From the NCBI GenBank assembly GCA_947447955.1, contig CANFLS010000003.1, positions 21,048-85,047 on the forward strand: DNA of 64,000 nucleotides. The letters run 5' to 3'. This DNA comes from Flavobacteriales bacterium (lineage in GTDB: Bacteria; Bacteroidota; Bacteroidia; NS11-12g; UBA955). A model generated the notes under the pieces. The model was not told where the DNA came from. It saw nothing but the letters and a program-made list of their open reading frames with translations, and made no database searches. Of the stretch, positions 1 to 10,607 are shown piece by piece; position 1 is the first letter of the stretch; each line of letters starts with the position of its first letter. The translations under genes were made by a program, and so were the position numbers.

Positions 1-18
1 ATTAAAAAAGCTTTAGCC

Positions 19-705
19 TCATTCCTTTATTTCTTTGGTTTTTTTAGTTTCGCGGCTGTTTACGTCCCCCAAAATAAATTTAACATACATTATTTTCTTG
101 CCCATTTTTAGCCAAATGGCTTCATAAAAGGTTTGAATTTGTAGGAATTCTGGAACAGGAATCAGGCTGTAAACATCTGATATATTTTCGAGCAGTGTTA
201 AATTGTCTTCCGCTATTTGCTCTAAGCTACTTTCGTAGAATAAGTCTGAATCTGTTTTAATGTTCATGATGCCTGTTGCTGGCATTACTTGGCGGTAAAC
301 ATTTAAAAATCTGCCACTGCTTAAGCGCTTGCGTTCTTTTTGAGGCTGTGGGTCAGGAAAGGTAATCCACATTTCAAAAACTTCATCTTTTGCGAAATAT
401 TCAAAAAGTTTATCAATTTCTATTCGCAGAAATCGCACATTTTGAATTCCCTGTTCAATACATATTTTAGCACCTTTCCAAAGTCGGTTTCCTTTAATAT
501 CAACACCAACATAATTGATGTTGGGATTCATTTTTGCCAAACCAATGGCATAATCCCCTTTTCCGCAAGCTAGTTCTAATACAATGGGATTGGTATTGCC
601 AAAAATTGCTGCCCATTTGCCTTTTGTTTCAGAATTGTAATCGTAAGTATTCTCAAAAGAATCAAATTCGGCGAATTTTTCGGATTTATTTTTACCTTTT
701 CCCAT
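19..705 (-). CDS. trmB: tRNA (guanine-N7)-methyltransferase
   Basis: VLELACGKG SAM-binding motif, GVDIKGNR, ITFPDPQP, KTDS. Start moved to MGKGKNK (705). Confidence 0.95.
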   Translation of the reverse strand: MGKGKNKSEKFAEFDSFENTYDYNSETKGKWAAIFGNTNPIVLELACGKGDYAIGLAKMNPNINYVGVDIKGNRLWKGAKICIEQGIQNVRFLRIEIDKLFEYFAKDEVFEMWITFPDPQPQKERKRLSSGRFLNVYRQVMPATGIMNIKTDSDLFYESSLEQIAEDNLTLLENISDVYSLIPVPEFLQIQTFYEAIWLKMGKKIMYVKFILGDVNSRETKKTKEIKE

Positions 706-756
706 TATGGTGCAAAAAAACATAAGAAAAATGAATTCACACATTTTATGTTGAAT

Positions 757-764
757 TACTTTTG
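757..764 (+). promoter_or_regulatory. Bacteroidota sigma-A -7 element (TACTTTTG) for aat
   Basis: Exact TAnnTTTG match, 5 nt before ATG 770. Confidence 0.7.
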
Positions 765-769
765 CAGAA

Positions 770-1342
770 ATGTTATTGACACCTCAATTATTAATTCAGG
801 CGTATTTGTCTGGATCTTTCCCTATGGCAGATCCAGACGAAGGAAATGCTATTTATTGGCATACCCCTGAAAGAAGAGGAATTATTCCATTGGATGATCG
901 ATTTAAGGTTTCGAAGAATCTAAGAAGATTATATAACAAACGAAAGTTTGAACTGGTAATAAACAAAAACTTCCCGGAGGTCATTGAAAGATGTTCGCAA
1001 AATAGGGAAGATGATACTTGGATTTCAGAGGAAATCAAAGAGGCTTACATTGAATTACACGAAGAAGGATTTGCACATAGTTTTGAAGCGTATTTAGATG
1101 GGGAATTGGTTGGTGGTCTGTATGGTGTTTGTATTAGAAAAGCTTTTTTTGGAGAGAGCATGTTTCACTCTGTTACGGATGCGAGTAAGATTTGTTTGGT
1201 CTTTTTGGTTGAATTTTTAAGAGAGCATAATTTCAAATTATTGGATACACAATATTTGAATAATCATATTCAGCAGTTCGGGGCATATGAAATTAGCCAC
1301 AAGAAATTTTTAGCAATTCTCGAAGATGCTATGGATCAATGA
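770..1342 (+). CDS. aat: leucyl/phenylalanyl-tRNA--protein transferase
   Basis: GSFPMA, AHSFEAY, LVGGLYGV, FFGESMFH, DASKI, LLDTQ motifs. Confidence 0.95.
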   Translation: MLLTPQLLIQAYLSGSFPMADPDEGNAIYWHTPERRGIIPLDDRFKVSKNLRRLYNKRKFELVINKNFPEVIERCSQNREDDTWISEEIKEAYIELHEEGFAHSFEAYLDGELVGGLYGVCIRKAFFGESMFHSVTDASKICLVFLVEFLREHNFKLLDTQYLNNHIQQFGAYEISHKKFLAILEDAMDQ

Positions 1343-1393
1343 GTAAAAATAATTTCAAATTCCATATATTTGCCCAATCTTAGTGTTCTTGAA

Positions 1394-2023
1394 GTGAAAA
1401 CAAAATTTGAAATATTAATCATTGATGACCACGAAATCGTTCGGTTTGGAATGATTCAGGTATTAAAACAGAAATTCATTGGTTTGGAAATTAGTGAATC
1501 ATCAAATGCAAAACAAGCATTGGCATTGCTTAAAGAGCACGATTATGATTTGATTATTTCTGATTTGAATTTACCTGATATCAGTTCTCATGAATTGATA
1601 AAAGCGATTCGTAAGGTTGAAAAAGGTACCCCAATTATTGTATTCTCAATGTTTCCAAAAGATGTGATGGAAAATGCAATGTCTTCATTAAATATTCAAA
1701 AATATGTTTATAAAGGAGACGGATTGCAAATATTAACTGAGGCAGTTTTCGAAATCATGAGCAATATTGAAAATGGCAAAAAGAACAAGAAAATGCAAAC
1801 TGGTACTGACACAACTCCATTTGAGAAATTATCGGCAAAAGAATCAGAAGTAATGATGCTATACTTACACGGTAATTCAACAACAGATATTTGCCAAATT
1901 TTAACCTTGAAGCCATCAACGGTGAGTACCTACAAAGCGAGAATATTTCTAAAACTTGGCGTTACAAACATCGCGGCGTTAACAAAAATGGCGTTTTATT
2001 ACAACGTAATTACTTCAATGTAA
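1394..2023 (+). CDS. NarL/LuxR-family response regulator
   Basis: Receiver (IIDDH, SDLNLPD, FSM, YVYKG) plus LuxR HTH (LSAKESEV...STVSTYKARIFLKLGV). The track's TTG 1370 lies inside a TATATTTG promoter element, so GTG 1394 is preferred. Confidence 0.9.
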   Translation: MKTKFEILIIDDHEIVRFGMIQVLKQKFIGLEISESSNAKQALALLKEHDYDLIISDLNLPDISSHELIKAIRKVEKGTPIIVFSMFPKDVMENAMSSLNIQKYVYKGDGLQILTEAVFEIMSNIENGKKNKKMQTGTDTTPFEKLSAKESEVMMLYLHGNSTTDICQILTLKPSTVSTYKARIFLKLGVTNIAALTKMAFYYNVITSM

Positions 2024-4892
2024 TATCCTTTTTGAGGGATATTTGAATGGTTGAACCACTTGATTTTTTTTCAATATAGCTAATTTCACCGTCAATAAGT
2101 TTAATAAACTCAAGGGTAATTTTGATGCCCATTTTATGCGTAGTTGAATGTCCGATCATTGCTTCTGTTAGCTTTTGGTTTTCCCAATCTTTGATAAGTT
2201 TGACTATTTCTAATGGCAAACCACGTCCAGTATCTGCAATTATAATTCTCACGTGTTCACTATCTTCTATCGTAGAAATATTTATTTCACCAGCGGAGGT
2301 ATATTTAATGGCGTTGTCAATAAAATTCCTCAAAATTGTTTGCAATATTGTGGTATTAGAATTGATGAAAATATCATTTAATGCATTGTTTGTCTGTATG
2401 GTTAAATTTTTAGAATTGGCAATGGGTTGATAAAATTGTACCAATTCAGAAATGATATTTTTAACATTAATCTGATGTATTTCAACTTTATAGTCAACAA
2501 ATTGTGTTCCTAACCAATTTAAAAAATCTGAAATAAAATCATGTAATTCTTTGGAGGTATTTGCGGCAATTCGAACAAGGTTGGTTAAGTCATTTTCCTT
2601 TTCTTTGTGTTTATTATATGTGAAATACGATGATTCAGCAAGAAACATCAATGGAGATTTTATATCATGCATTAAAATTGCATAAAGCTGATTTTTAAAA
2701 TCATTTTCTTCTTTCAAAATTTTTTGAGCCCTTGTTAATTCTGCAACCGTAAATTGTAATTCCATGGTTTTGTGGTTTACGAGCAAATCTAAATTTTCTT
2801 TTTCTTCTCTGGCTTTTCGTTGATTTCGAATAAAAACATAGGCTATAAAAATGCTTATAACCAAAATAACCAATAAAACAAACCACCAGGTGGCATACCA
2901 AATTTGATTTACCGTAATATCTAATATTTTCAATTCGCGGTCGTTTTGTAAGACATATAATGAATAATTCCCAGGTGGTAATCTTGAAAATTTGATAGTT
3001 CTGTTATTTTCTAATCGTTGCCAATTTGCGTCAATATTTTTAAGTTTAAAAAATATGGGCAATGGTTTTTCTAATTGGTAGTACTGCGTTAAAATGGTTA
3101 TTTCTATGGAGGAATGGTCTCTATTTAAGATTATTTCATTCCGTTTACCTAGTTTTTGGTTGTTGTTAACTAAAATGTTATCCAGATAAACATTTAAATT
3201 AACATTGGTTGAGCTATTGGTATTTTGTTTGATTCGTAAGAGTCCATGATCTGATGGAATAAATATTTTATTATTTATTACTTGATGGTTTTCAGGATAG
3301 ATCCCACCATTTAATTCAGTAGCTGGTAAATCTGATTTTTTATTCAATGAAAAATAATTCGAACTATCAAAGGTTAAATTTTTGAAGCTATTTTCCGGAA
3401 TAATAAAAACCCCTTTATTGCAAACTATCCAAAATCGATTTATCTGATCTCTTCTCAAACTTAACGATGCAAGCATCCATTTTTTAGGATCATTGGGAAT
3501 TCTATATTCTTTCGATTTTTTTATTATAAATACGCCATCGCCATATGTAGCCGCTATCAAATTAGATTTATACAATTGAATATCCCTCACTGTTTTATTT
3601 TTGAGATATTGTTCAGCCACTTTGAAATGAGTATCCAAAACAACTATGCCATCATTGCTGCATAGATGAATTTTATTATGGTAAATCTTGACTTTATAAA
3701 AATAAGTGTTGCGCGTAAATGATTTTACAACCCAAATTTTCTTTTGATTGAATTGATAAATCAAATTTGCAGAAACAAAATAGCGATTGTTATTTATTTC
3801 AAAAAAGTCACCGATTTCTGGTTTACAAGGTATCTGAAATTTGATTTTTTTATCTTGAATTGAATAACAAGTAAGCTGTTCATTCATATTATAAAAAAGC
3901 TCTCTGTTTTTCAATATTGAGCAAGCGCTTCCTGACCATTTGCCATAGGAAATCTTAGTTGGGTTTATGTTTGGTGTATTGTTGTTCCACTGAAATACTC
4001 CATTGTCTAAAATAGAAAATATGGAGTTAGAAGTACTATCAAAAGCATATGAATACAAATAGTTCTGTCCTTCTGGATTTTGAACAATTGAAAATTTTTC
4101 AATCGAATTAGGTGAAAACTGAATTAATCCATTATTGAATGTGCCACAATAAATGATATTGGAAATTTCGTCATAATACGCTGTTGTTAAATCAGTGTCG
4201 AACAATTTGGATAATACAACTTGAAATTTAATTTCAGTTTTGTATAAGTCAACGCAACAGATTTTATTGTCTATTTGTAGGATTAAAAATTTAGATCCAA
4301 TTGATAAGATTGAAAATCTTGATTTAAAGGGGATTTTTATCTCACTTGATTTGGTGATTATTTGAATCTGATGGTTGAATTCTTTTATAATGAGGTTATT
4401 GAAAGAATAGATAACATGGTTTTTTGATATGGATTCTGTCGAATATAAATTGTCAAATTGTTGAATATGCGATTTTAATTGCTTCAGTGAATCCTCTATA
4501 ATTACATTCTTATAAAACAATAAGTTAACGTTTTTCTTAGGATGAACAATTTTAATTTTTTTATTTTCTAATAAATAAACTTGATTGAATTCACCTAGGG
4601 CATACAATTGTTTGTTGTTTTTCATTAAATAGATTCCTGAAAATCTATTGCTTTTTATTGCTTTTGTATTTGCTTTATTGAAGTTTGTTAAATTATAACC
4701 ATCGTAACAATAAATACCAAACTGCGATGTAATCCATAAAAATCCGTATTGATCTTTGTTTACCCCGGTAACCGTATTTTGAAATAATTGTTCGTTTATT
4801 GGACTTGGAATAAAGGATACATATTGTTGAGCATCAACATTCTTGAAAAATGAAATAAAAAGAATTAAGGTGTAAATGATTTTATTTTTCAT
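2010..4892 (-). CDS. sensor histidine kinase with periplasmic beta-propeller and Y_Y_Y domain
   Basis: Signal peptide; DQYGFLWITSQFGI Reg_prop-like repeat; FSRLPPGNYSLYV Y_Y_Y; TM helix; H-box ILMHDIKSPL; N-box NFIDNAIKYT; G1 IADTGRGL. Confidence 0.88.
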   Translation of the reverse strand: MKNKIIYTLILFISFFKNVDAQQYVSFIPSPINEQLFQNTVTGVNKDQYGFLWITSQFGIYCYDGYNLTNFNKANTKAIKSNRFSGIYLMKNNKQLYALGEFNQVYLLENKKIKIVHPKKNVNLLFYKNVIIEDSLKQLKSHIQQFDNLYSTESISKNHVIYSFNNLIIKEFNHQIQIITKSSEIKIPFKSRFSILSIGSKFLILQIDNKICCVDLYKTEIKFQVVLSKLFDTDLTTAYYDEISNIIYCGTFNNGLIQFSPNSIEKFSIVQNPEGQNYLYSYAFDSTSNSIFSILDNGVFQWNNNTPNINPTKISYGKWSGSACSILKNRELFYNMNEQLTCYSIQDKKIKFQIPCKPEIGDFFEINNNRYFVSANLIYQFNQKKIWVVKSFTRNTYFYKVKIYHNKIHLCSNDGIVVLDTHFKVAEQYLKNKTVRDIQLYKSNLIAATYGDGVFIIKKSKEYRIPNDPKKWMLASLSLRRDQINRFWIVCNKGVFIIPENSFKNLTFDSSNYFSLNKKSDLPATELNGGIYPENHQVINNKIFIPSDHGLLRIKQNTNSSTNVNLNVYLDNILVNNNQKLGKRNEIILNRDHSSIEITILTQYYQLEKPLPIFFKLKNIDANWQRLENNRTIKFSRLPPGNYSLYVLQNDRELKILDITVNQIWYATWWFVLLVILVISIFIAYVFIRNQRKAREEKENLDLLVNHKTMELQFTVAELTRAQKILKEENDFKNQLYAILMHDIKSPLMFLAESSYFTYNKHKEKENDLTNLVRIAANTSKELHDFISDFLNWLGTQFVDYKVEIHQINVKNIISELVQFYQPIANSKNLTIQTNNALNDIFINSNTTILQTILRNFIDNAIKYTSAGEINISTIEDSEHVRIIIADTGRGLPLEIVKLIKDWENQKLTEAMIGHSTTHKMGIKITLEFIKLIDGEISYIEKKSSGSTIQISLKKDITLK

Positions 4893-4987
4893 TGCTCATT
4901 TGTAGATCATCACAAATGCTTTACAATTCTAATAAAAAAAGTGCATTTTCTTTTTGTTTTCCATTTCTTTTTACCAATTTTGAAGCA

Positions 4988-5737
4988 ATGCATCTATCTA
5001 TTCACATTGAGCAAAATCCTTATCAAGTTGATTTGTCGAATCCTTTAAATATTACCCTCGGATTTGGCCCCGATTTTGAAAATCCCAATGCATTTCATAT
5101 CGATTTTGCCAAAGTTGAACCCATTAGGGTAGGTTCTTTTGTGGGTAGTGTCATTGAAGGTGGTTCTGCCAATTGTGAAATTGTTACGTATTGTGCGCAT
5201 GGCAACGGAACCCATACCGAAGGAGTGGGGCATATTGCCTCAGAAAGAATTTCTGTTCACGAAGTTTTACAGAAACATTTCCTTACTGCCCAATTAATTA
5301 CTGTGCCTTTAATTGAAATTGAGGGAGATTGGGTGATTCATGAATCAGAACTCGCAAAACAAGAATTTTCGAATACCGATGCAATTATCATCAGAACTTT
5401 ACCCAATGATATAGATAAGCGAAATAGAATTTGGTCGGGAAATAATCCTCCTTATTTTACATTGAAAGCAATGCAAATGTTGGTGGATTTGGGATTTTCT
5501 CATTTGTTAACCGACTTGCCTTCTGTTGATCCTGAAGAAGATAGCGGCGCACTTGCTGCTCACAGGGTTTGGTGGCAATATCCACAAAATACCAGAAAAA
5601 ATGCAAGTATTACGGAATTGATTTATGTAAATGATTCAATTCAAGATGGCTTGTATTTCCTAAATCTCATGGTACCGAAAATAGCTTCTGATGCGGTGCC
5701 ATCGCAACCAATTTTATATCCATTGTTACCAATTTGA
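4988..5737 (+). CDS. cyclase family / putative arylformamidase (kynurenine formamidase-like)
   Basis: HGNGTHTEGVGH metal motif, IIRTLPN, LTDLPSVDPE, ITELIYV, DAVPS. Start at MHLSIH. Confidence 0.8.
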   Translation: MHLSIHIEQNPYQVDLSNPLNITLGFGPDFENPNAFHIDFAKVEPIRVGSFVGSVIEGGSANCEIVTYCAHGNGTHTEGVGHIASERISVHEVLQKHFLTAQLITVPLIEIEGDWVIHESELAKQEFSNTDAIIIRTLPNDIDKRNRIWSGNNPPYFTLKAMQMLVDLGFSHLLTDLPSVDPEEDSGALAAHRVWWQYPQNTRKNASITELIYVNDSIQDGLYFLNLMVPKIASDAVPSQPILYPLLPI

Positions 5738-5738
5738 T

Positions 5739-6803
5739 ATGGCTTTGAGCGAAAAATGGCTTTATGCAGCCAATATGGTTGCAACCAAAATCAATAGATG
5801 GTTCAATAAGCCAAGTGTTCAAGATTGCGCTAACATAGACTCTATATTCATAGTTAAGTTAGATGAAATAGGAGACATGGCTGTATCAGTTCATGTTTTC
5901 GCATTTTTGAAAAAACAATATCCAAATGCAAAAATCACCTTGTTGTGCAAGCCATTTGTTAAGTCGCTCGTTCAAAATGATCCCAATATTGATTTTGTTA
6001 TAACCGAAATTTCTGAAGCAAAGGGAAAGTTTGATATTTGGGTTGAATTGCGTGGAAACTGGAAAACGTTATTTAAGTCGTTGTTAAACTGCGAAAAGTT
6101 CAGGGCCGACAGAGGTAGCATCAGGTTTTCGCAGCGTGGCAATCAGCCACATGAAATATTGACCAATTACCGCGTTATTGAAAATTTGTTATTTGAGGGA
6201 CAAAAATGCGACAGCATATCTGAAATATTGGAACATCCATTTTGCCGGCCAACCTTATATCCCTCAAAAGAAGAAAAAGAATTGGCCAATCAAAGAATTG
6301 CAGAATTTAAATTAAAGCGCTTTGGGGTAATTCATCCTTCGGCGAGGAGGATATTGCGACAATGGCCTGCTGAAAGATTTGCTGAACTTGCAAAGTTTTT
6401 GCAATCAGAATATCAAATCACACCGCTAATCATAGGCACAGAATCTGAGAAAGCCGTTTTGAATCAAATCAAAGATATTTGTCTCGAGTGTGAAGTATGG
6501 ATATCCAACGACAGTTTATTGACTTTATATGCTGTTATGCAACAATCTTCGGTATTTATTGGAAATGAAAGTGGACCATTGCAATTGGCTGATTTGGCAA
6601 ATATTCCGTGTATTGGTCTTTTTGGCCCAGGGGTTAAAGATGTTTTTTACCCTCAGAACAAGCAGGCAGTTGTAATTCATCATGTGTTGGAATGTAATCC
6701 TTGTGATCAAATACATTGTACCCATGCAAATAAACCCTGCATTGAAATGATTGAACTTCAAACAGTAAAATTTGAGTTGAAAAAACTACTGTTTGCAAAG
6801 TAA
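5739..6803 (+). CDS. glycosyltransferase family 9 (heptosyltransferase-like)
   Basis: KLDEIGD, IHPSA...RQWPAERF, FIGNESGPLQLA, LFGP, CNPC motifs. Confidence 0.88.
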   Translation: MALSEKWLYAANMVATKINRWFNKPSVQDCANIDSIFIVKLDEIGDMAVSVHVFAFLKKQYPNAKITLLCKPFVKSLVQNDPNIDFVITEISEAKGKFDIWVELRGNWKTLFKSLLNCEKFRADRGSIRFSQRGNQPHEILTNYRVIENLLFEGQKCDSISEILEHPFCRPTLYPSKEEKELANQRIAEFKLKRFGVIHPSARRILRQWPAERFAELAKFLQSEYQITPLIIGTESEKAVLNQIKDICLECEVWISNDSLLTLYAVMQQSSVFIGNESGPLQLADLANIPCIGLFGPGVKDVFYPQNKQAVVIHHVLECNPCDQIHCTHANKPCIEMIELQTVKFELKKLLFAK

Positions 6804-6874
6804 AATGGAATCTTGTAAAAATCTGATGTAATTATGGCACAATTTTGGTTGTGGAAGACTTAAATTCGTAGAGC

Positions 6875-7798
6875 ATGCAGAAACCATTTGAAATTACAGT
6901 ATTGGGAACTTCCTCAGCTACACCTACGCGTGATAGAAATCCGAGTGCTCAATATGTTCGTTTGGATAAGCATTATTTCTTGTTAGATTGCGGTGAGGCA
7001 ACACAATTGCAGCTCACCAAGTACAATCTAAAAATGCAAAAAATTAAGTTTGTTTTAATTTCGCATTTGCATGGAGATCATTATTTTGGATTGCCAGGAT
7101 TGATTACTTCAATGGCGCTTTTTGGTCGCGTTGATCCATTATACATAGTTTGCCCTGAGCAATTGAAATCTATATTAGACATCATTCTCACAATTGGTGA
7201 TGCTCGTATAAACTTTCAAATCCATTATATTTTTACAAATCCTGATGCCTCGGAATTGGTTCATTCTGAAGAAGATTTTGCCATACACTCTGTGCCATTG
7301 AAACATCGGATTCCTTGTACAGGTTTTGTAATTGAAGAAAAAGGCCCAGAAAGGAAAATCAATTTAGACGCTTGCGAAAACTATAATATTCCCGTTTCTT
7401 TTTATGAATCTTTGAAATTCGGAAATGATTTTAAAGGAGACAGCGGCATTCTCATAGCAAATGAATTACTAACCATAAATGGATATAAAAATCGGAAATT
7501 TGCTTATATCTCTGATACAATTTACGATGAATCAATTATTCCTTACATTCAAAATGTAACTTTATTGTACCATGAGGCAACGTTTTTACACGACAGGTTA
7601 AAGAGGGCTGAGGAAACATTTCATACTACATCGCTTCAAGCGGGCATGATTGCTAAATTGGCAAAAGTGAAAAATTTGATCATTGGTCATTACAGTGCAC
7701 GTTACGATAATTTAGAACCTTTGCTGCTCGAAGCGAGAAAAAATCATCTCGAAACTTACTTGGCATTAGAAGGTGAAGTTTTCCAATTAAATAGTTGA
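6875..7798 (+). CDS. rnz: ribonuclease Z
   Basis: LGTSSATP, LLDCGEATQ, SHLHGDH, AYISDT, YHEATF, GHYSARY. Confidence 0.95.
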   Translation: MQKPFEITVLGTSSATPTRDRNPSAQYVRLDKHYFLLDCGEATQLQLTKYNLKMQKIKFVLISHLHGDHYFGLPGLITSMALFGRVDPLYIVCPEQLKSILDIILTIGDARINFQIHYIFTNPDASELVHSEEDFAIHSVPLKHRIPCTGFVIEEKGPERKINLDACENYNIPVSFYESLKFGNDFKGDSGILIANELLTINGYKNRKFAYISDTIYDESIIPYIQNVTLLYHEATFLHDRLKRAEETFHTTSLQAGMIAKLAKVKNLIIGHYSARYDNLEPLLLEARKNHLETYLALEGEVFQLNS

Positions 7799-7903
7799 TA
7801 TTTTGTATCTTCTGAATTTCTGAGTGAAATAATACACACTTGTTTTTCTGTGAATAAGTACAATCTTTTAAACAAAGATTTCGTTATACATTCGTAATTC
7901 ACA

Positions 7904-10588
7904 ATGAGTGCAGCACCTAAACAATCTTCAAAAAAAACAAAATCGTCAGCAGATTTCTTAAAAGAAAGGCCTTCTGACAAAACAGACCAAATTTCAGGAA
8001 AGGAAATTTGGAATGCTGCTACTTTGAAAAATGATACAACGCGGAAAGTCATTGGATTTCTGTTGCTCGTTTTTTCAATTATCCTTCTGGTTAGCTTTAT
8101 TTCTTTTTTCTTTACTTGGCAAACAGATCAAAGCGTGGCTGCCGATGGTGGCGATTTTGATTCGTCAATGACAGGTAAATCTACCAATGCCATGGGCAGT
8201 GTAGGTTCAGGGTTGGCCTTTTTCTTTATGCACAACGGATTTGGTTTAGGTGCATTTGCCCTTTTGCCTTACATCATTTTAAGTGGCTTGTATTTGTTGT
8301 TTGATTACAGACCATTTTCGCTACTTAGAATATTAACCAATACCATTTTATTTGTTATTTGGGTGTCTCTGTTTTTGGGTTATTGCTTTCAAATATGGTA
8401 TCCACTTTTGGGTGGTACTTTTGGATATTTCGGAATAGTCCAAATACAAACTGCAATCGGACCCATCGGAGCATTCTTGTTTTTAGCCGCATTTGCAGTG
8501 GTATATTCATTCGTCTTTTTGAATATGAATCCGTTTTCTCGCATTGTTCTGAAAAATCCGGATGATTTGTTGCACGAAGAATTTACTGATGAGGAATTAG
8601 AAAACTCAGGTAATCTAAATATCGTTGAAGAAAAGATAGAAACATCAACAAATAAAATACCCCCTACTATCAAAGTGGACGGTGATGAGGATGATTTATT
8701 GGTGGATGACGAAGATATTGACGACGGACCAAGTGTGAGTGATTTTGAAAATTGGGACGGCATGAATATTACTGTAAAGAAAGTGGAACCTGTCGAATCA
8801 AAACCTGTTCATACCGAAATATCAAAACCATCCTTTGAACCAATTATTGATGATAGGGAAATCCCAACCGAGTCTTTGAATCAACAGAATGTTGTTGAAT
8901 TTGATGAACCCGAAGAATATATTTTTAAGGGAAACCCAGAACCAATTGCAGCAGAAACACCTTCTCCCTCAAATGAAATTAAATTCGAAGATGGATTTGC
9001 CATCCAAGATTTAACCCAGCATGAAGATGAATTGGTTGAAGAAAATCAAGGCGACTTGGGCGTAGAACGATTTGGTGTTGATACTGAATTTGATCCCAAA
9101 GCAGATTTGAGTAAATACCAATATCCAACTTTGGATCTATTAAAAGATTATGATACAAAAAGACAAGAAATTGATTTTGAAGAAATTAACAAAAGCAAAA
9201 AGTTAATTCAAGATACCCTAGAGAATTACAAAATTGGCATTTCTAGCATCAAGGCAAGTGTTGGACCTACAGTAACGTTATATGAAATCATTCCTGCTCC
9301 AGGTGTTAAGATTTCAAGAATCAAAAACCTTGAAGATGACATTGCATTAAGTTTGGCTGCACTTGGTATTCGTATCATTGCACCAATTCCAGGAAAAGGT
9401 ACAATTGGTATAGAAGTGCCTAACAGAAATCCTGAAATGGTGCCAATGCGTGGCTTATTGGCAAGTAAGAAATTCCAAGAATGTGATTTTCAACTGCCTG
9501 TTGTTTTAGGGAAAACAATTTCAAATGAAATATTTATTGCAGATTTAGCAAAAATGCCCCATTTGCTTATGGCTGGTGCTACCGGTCAGGGTAAGTCTGT
9601 TGGATTGAATGCAATATTAGTGTCGCTGCTATATAAAATGCATCCTGCCTATGTGAAGTTTGTATTGGTAGATCCTAAGAAAGTAGAATTAACCTTGTTC
9701 AATAAAATTGAACGTCATTTCTTGGCCAAATTACCTGGCGATGGCGAGGCAATTATTACTGAAAATTCTAAAGTAGTAAATACGCTCAATTCTCTTTGCG
9801 TTGAAATGGACAACCGTTATAAGTTGCTTCAAGATGCGATGGTGAGAAACATTGTTGAGTATAATGGCAAGTTTGTAAATAGGAAATTGAATCCGCAAAA
9901 CGGGCATAGATTTTTGCCTTATATTGTTGTTGTAATTGATGAGGTTGCCGATTTGATGATGACAGCTGGTAAAGAAATTGAAATGCCAATTGCCCGTATT
10001 GCGCAGCTTGCAAGAGCCATCGGAATTCATTTGATTTTGGCTACGCAGCGTCCTTCAGTGAATGTAATTACAGGTATGATCAAAGCCAACTTCCCTGCAA
10101 GAATTGCTTTCCGTGTAACTTCCAAGATTGATAGCCGTACTATTCTTGATGGCAATGGAGCCGATCAATTAATAGGAAAAGGAGATATGCTTTTTAGTGG
10201 TGGCAATGAAATGATCCGTTTACAATGTCCGTTTGTAGATACCCCAGAAGTTGAACGAATTTGCGACTTTATTGGTGAACAAAGGGCGTATTCTACAGCT
10301 TATATTTTACCTGAAGTAAAAGACGATACAACTACCTTGGGTGGTGGCGATTTTGATGCCGATGAAAGAGATTCTCTCTTTGAAGATGCAGCAAGGGTCA
10401 TTGTTCAAAATCAAGTGGGGAGCACGAGCATGATTCAAAGGAAATTGAAAATTGGATACAACAGGGCAGGCCGATTGATGGATCAATTAGAAGATGCAGG
10501 TATTGTTGGTCCGAATTTAGGAAGCAAGCCCCGTCAAGTAAATGTTCCCGATGAATTTGCTCTGGAACAGTTTTTAAATCACCTTTAA
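7904..10588 (+). CDS. ftsK: DNA translocase FtsK
   Basis: N-terminal TM domain, acidic linker, Walker A GATGQGKS, IDEVADLMM, ATQRPS, gamma domain QRKLKIGYNRAGR. Confidence 0.97.
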   Translation: MSAAPKQSSKKTKSSADFLKERPSDKTDQISGKEIWNAATLKNDTTRKVIGFLLLVFSIILLVSFISFFFTWQTDQSVAADGGDFDSSMTGKSTNAMGSVGSGLAFFFMHNGFGLGAFALLPYIILSGLYLLFDYRPFSLLRILTNTILFVIWVSLFLGYCFQIWYPLLGGTFGYFGIVQIQTAIGPIGAFLFLAAFAVVYSFVFLNMNPFSRIVLKNPDDLLHEEFTDEELENSGNLNIVEEKIETSTNKIPPTIKVDGDEDDLLVDDEDIDDGPSVSDFENWDGMNITVKKVEPVESKPVHTEISKPSFEPIIDDREIPTESLNQQNVVEFDEPEEYIFKGNPEPIAAETPSPSNEIKFEDGFAIQDLTQHEDELVEENQGDLGVERFGVDTEFDPKADLSKYQYPTLDLLKDYDTKRQEIDFEEINKSKKLIQDTLENYKIGISSIKASVGPTVTLYEIIPAPGVKISRIKNLEDDIALSLAALGIRIIAPIPGKGTIGIEVPNRNPEMVPMRGLLASKKFQECDFQLPVVLGKTISNEIFIADLAKMPHLLMAGATGQGKSVGLNAILVSLLYKMHPAYVKFVLVDPKKVELTLFNKIERHFLAKLPGDGEAIITENSKVVNTLNSLCVEMDNRYKLLQDAMVRNIVEYNGKFVNRKLNPQNGHRFLPYIVVVIDEVADLMMTAGKEIEMPIARIAQLARAIGIHLILATQRPSVNVITGMIKANFPARIAFRVTSKIDSRTILDGNGADQLIGKGDMLFSGGNEMIRLQCPFVDTPEVERICDFIGEQRAYSTAYILPEVKDDTTTLGGGDFDADERDSLFEDAARVIVQNQVGSTSMIQRKLKIGYNRAGRLMDQLEDAGIVGPNLGSKPRQVNVPDEFALEQFLNHL

Positions 10589-10607
10589 TTAGAATTACAA
10601 TACAACA

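Noticed and set aside
6835..6850. TGGCAC sigma-54-like motif upstream of rnz
   Set aside because: Poor -12 match, and a sigma-A-type TAAATTCG element already sits just before the ATG.
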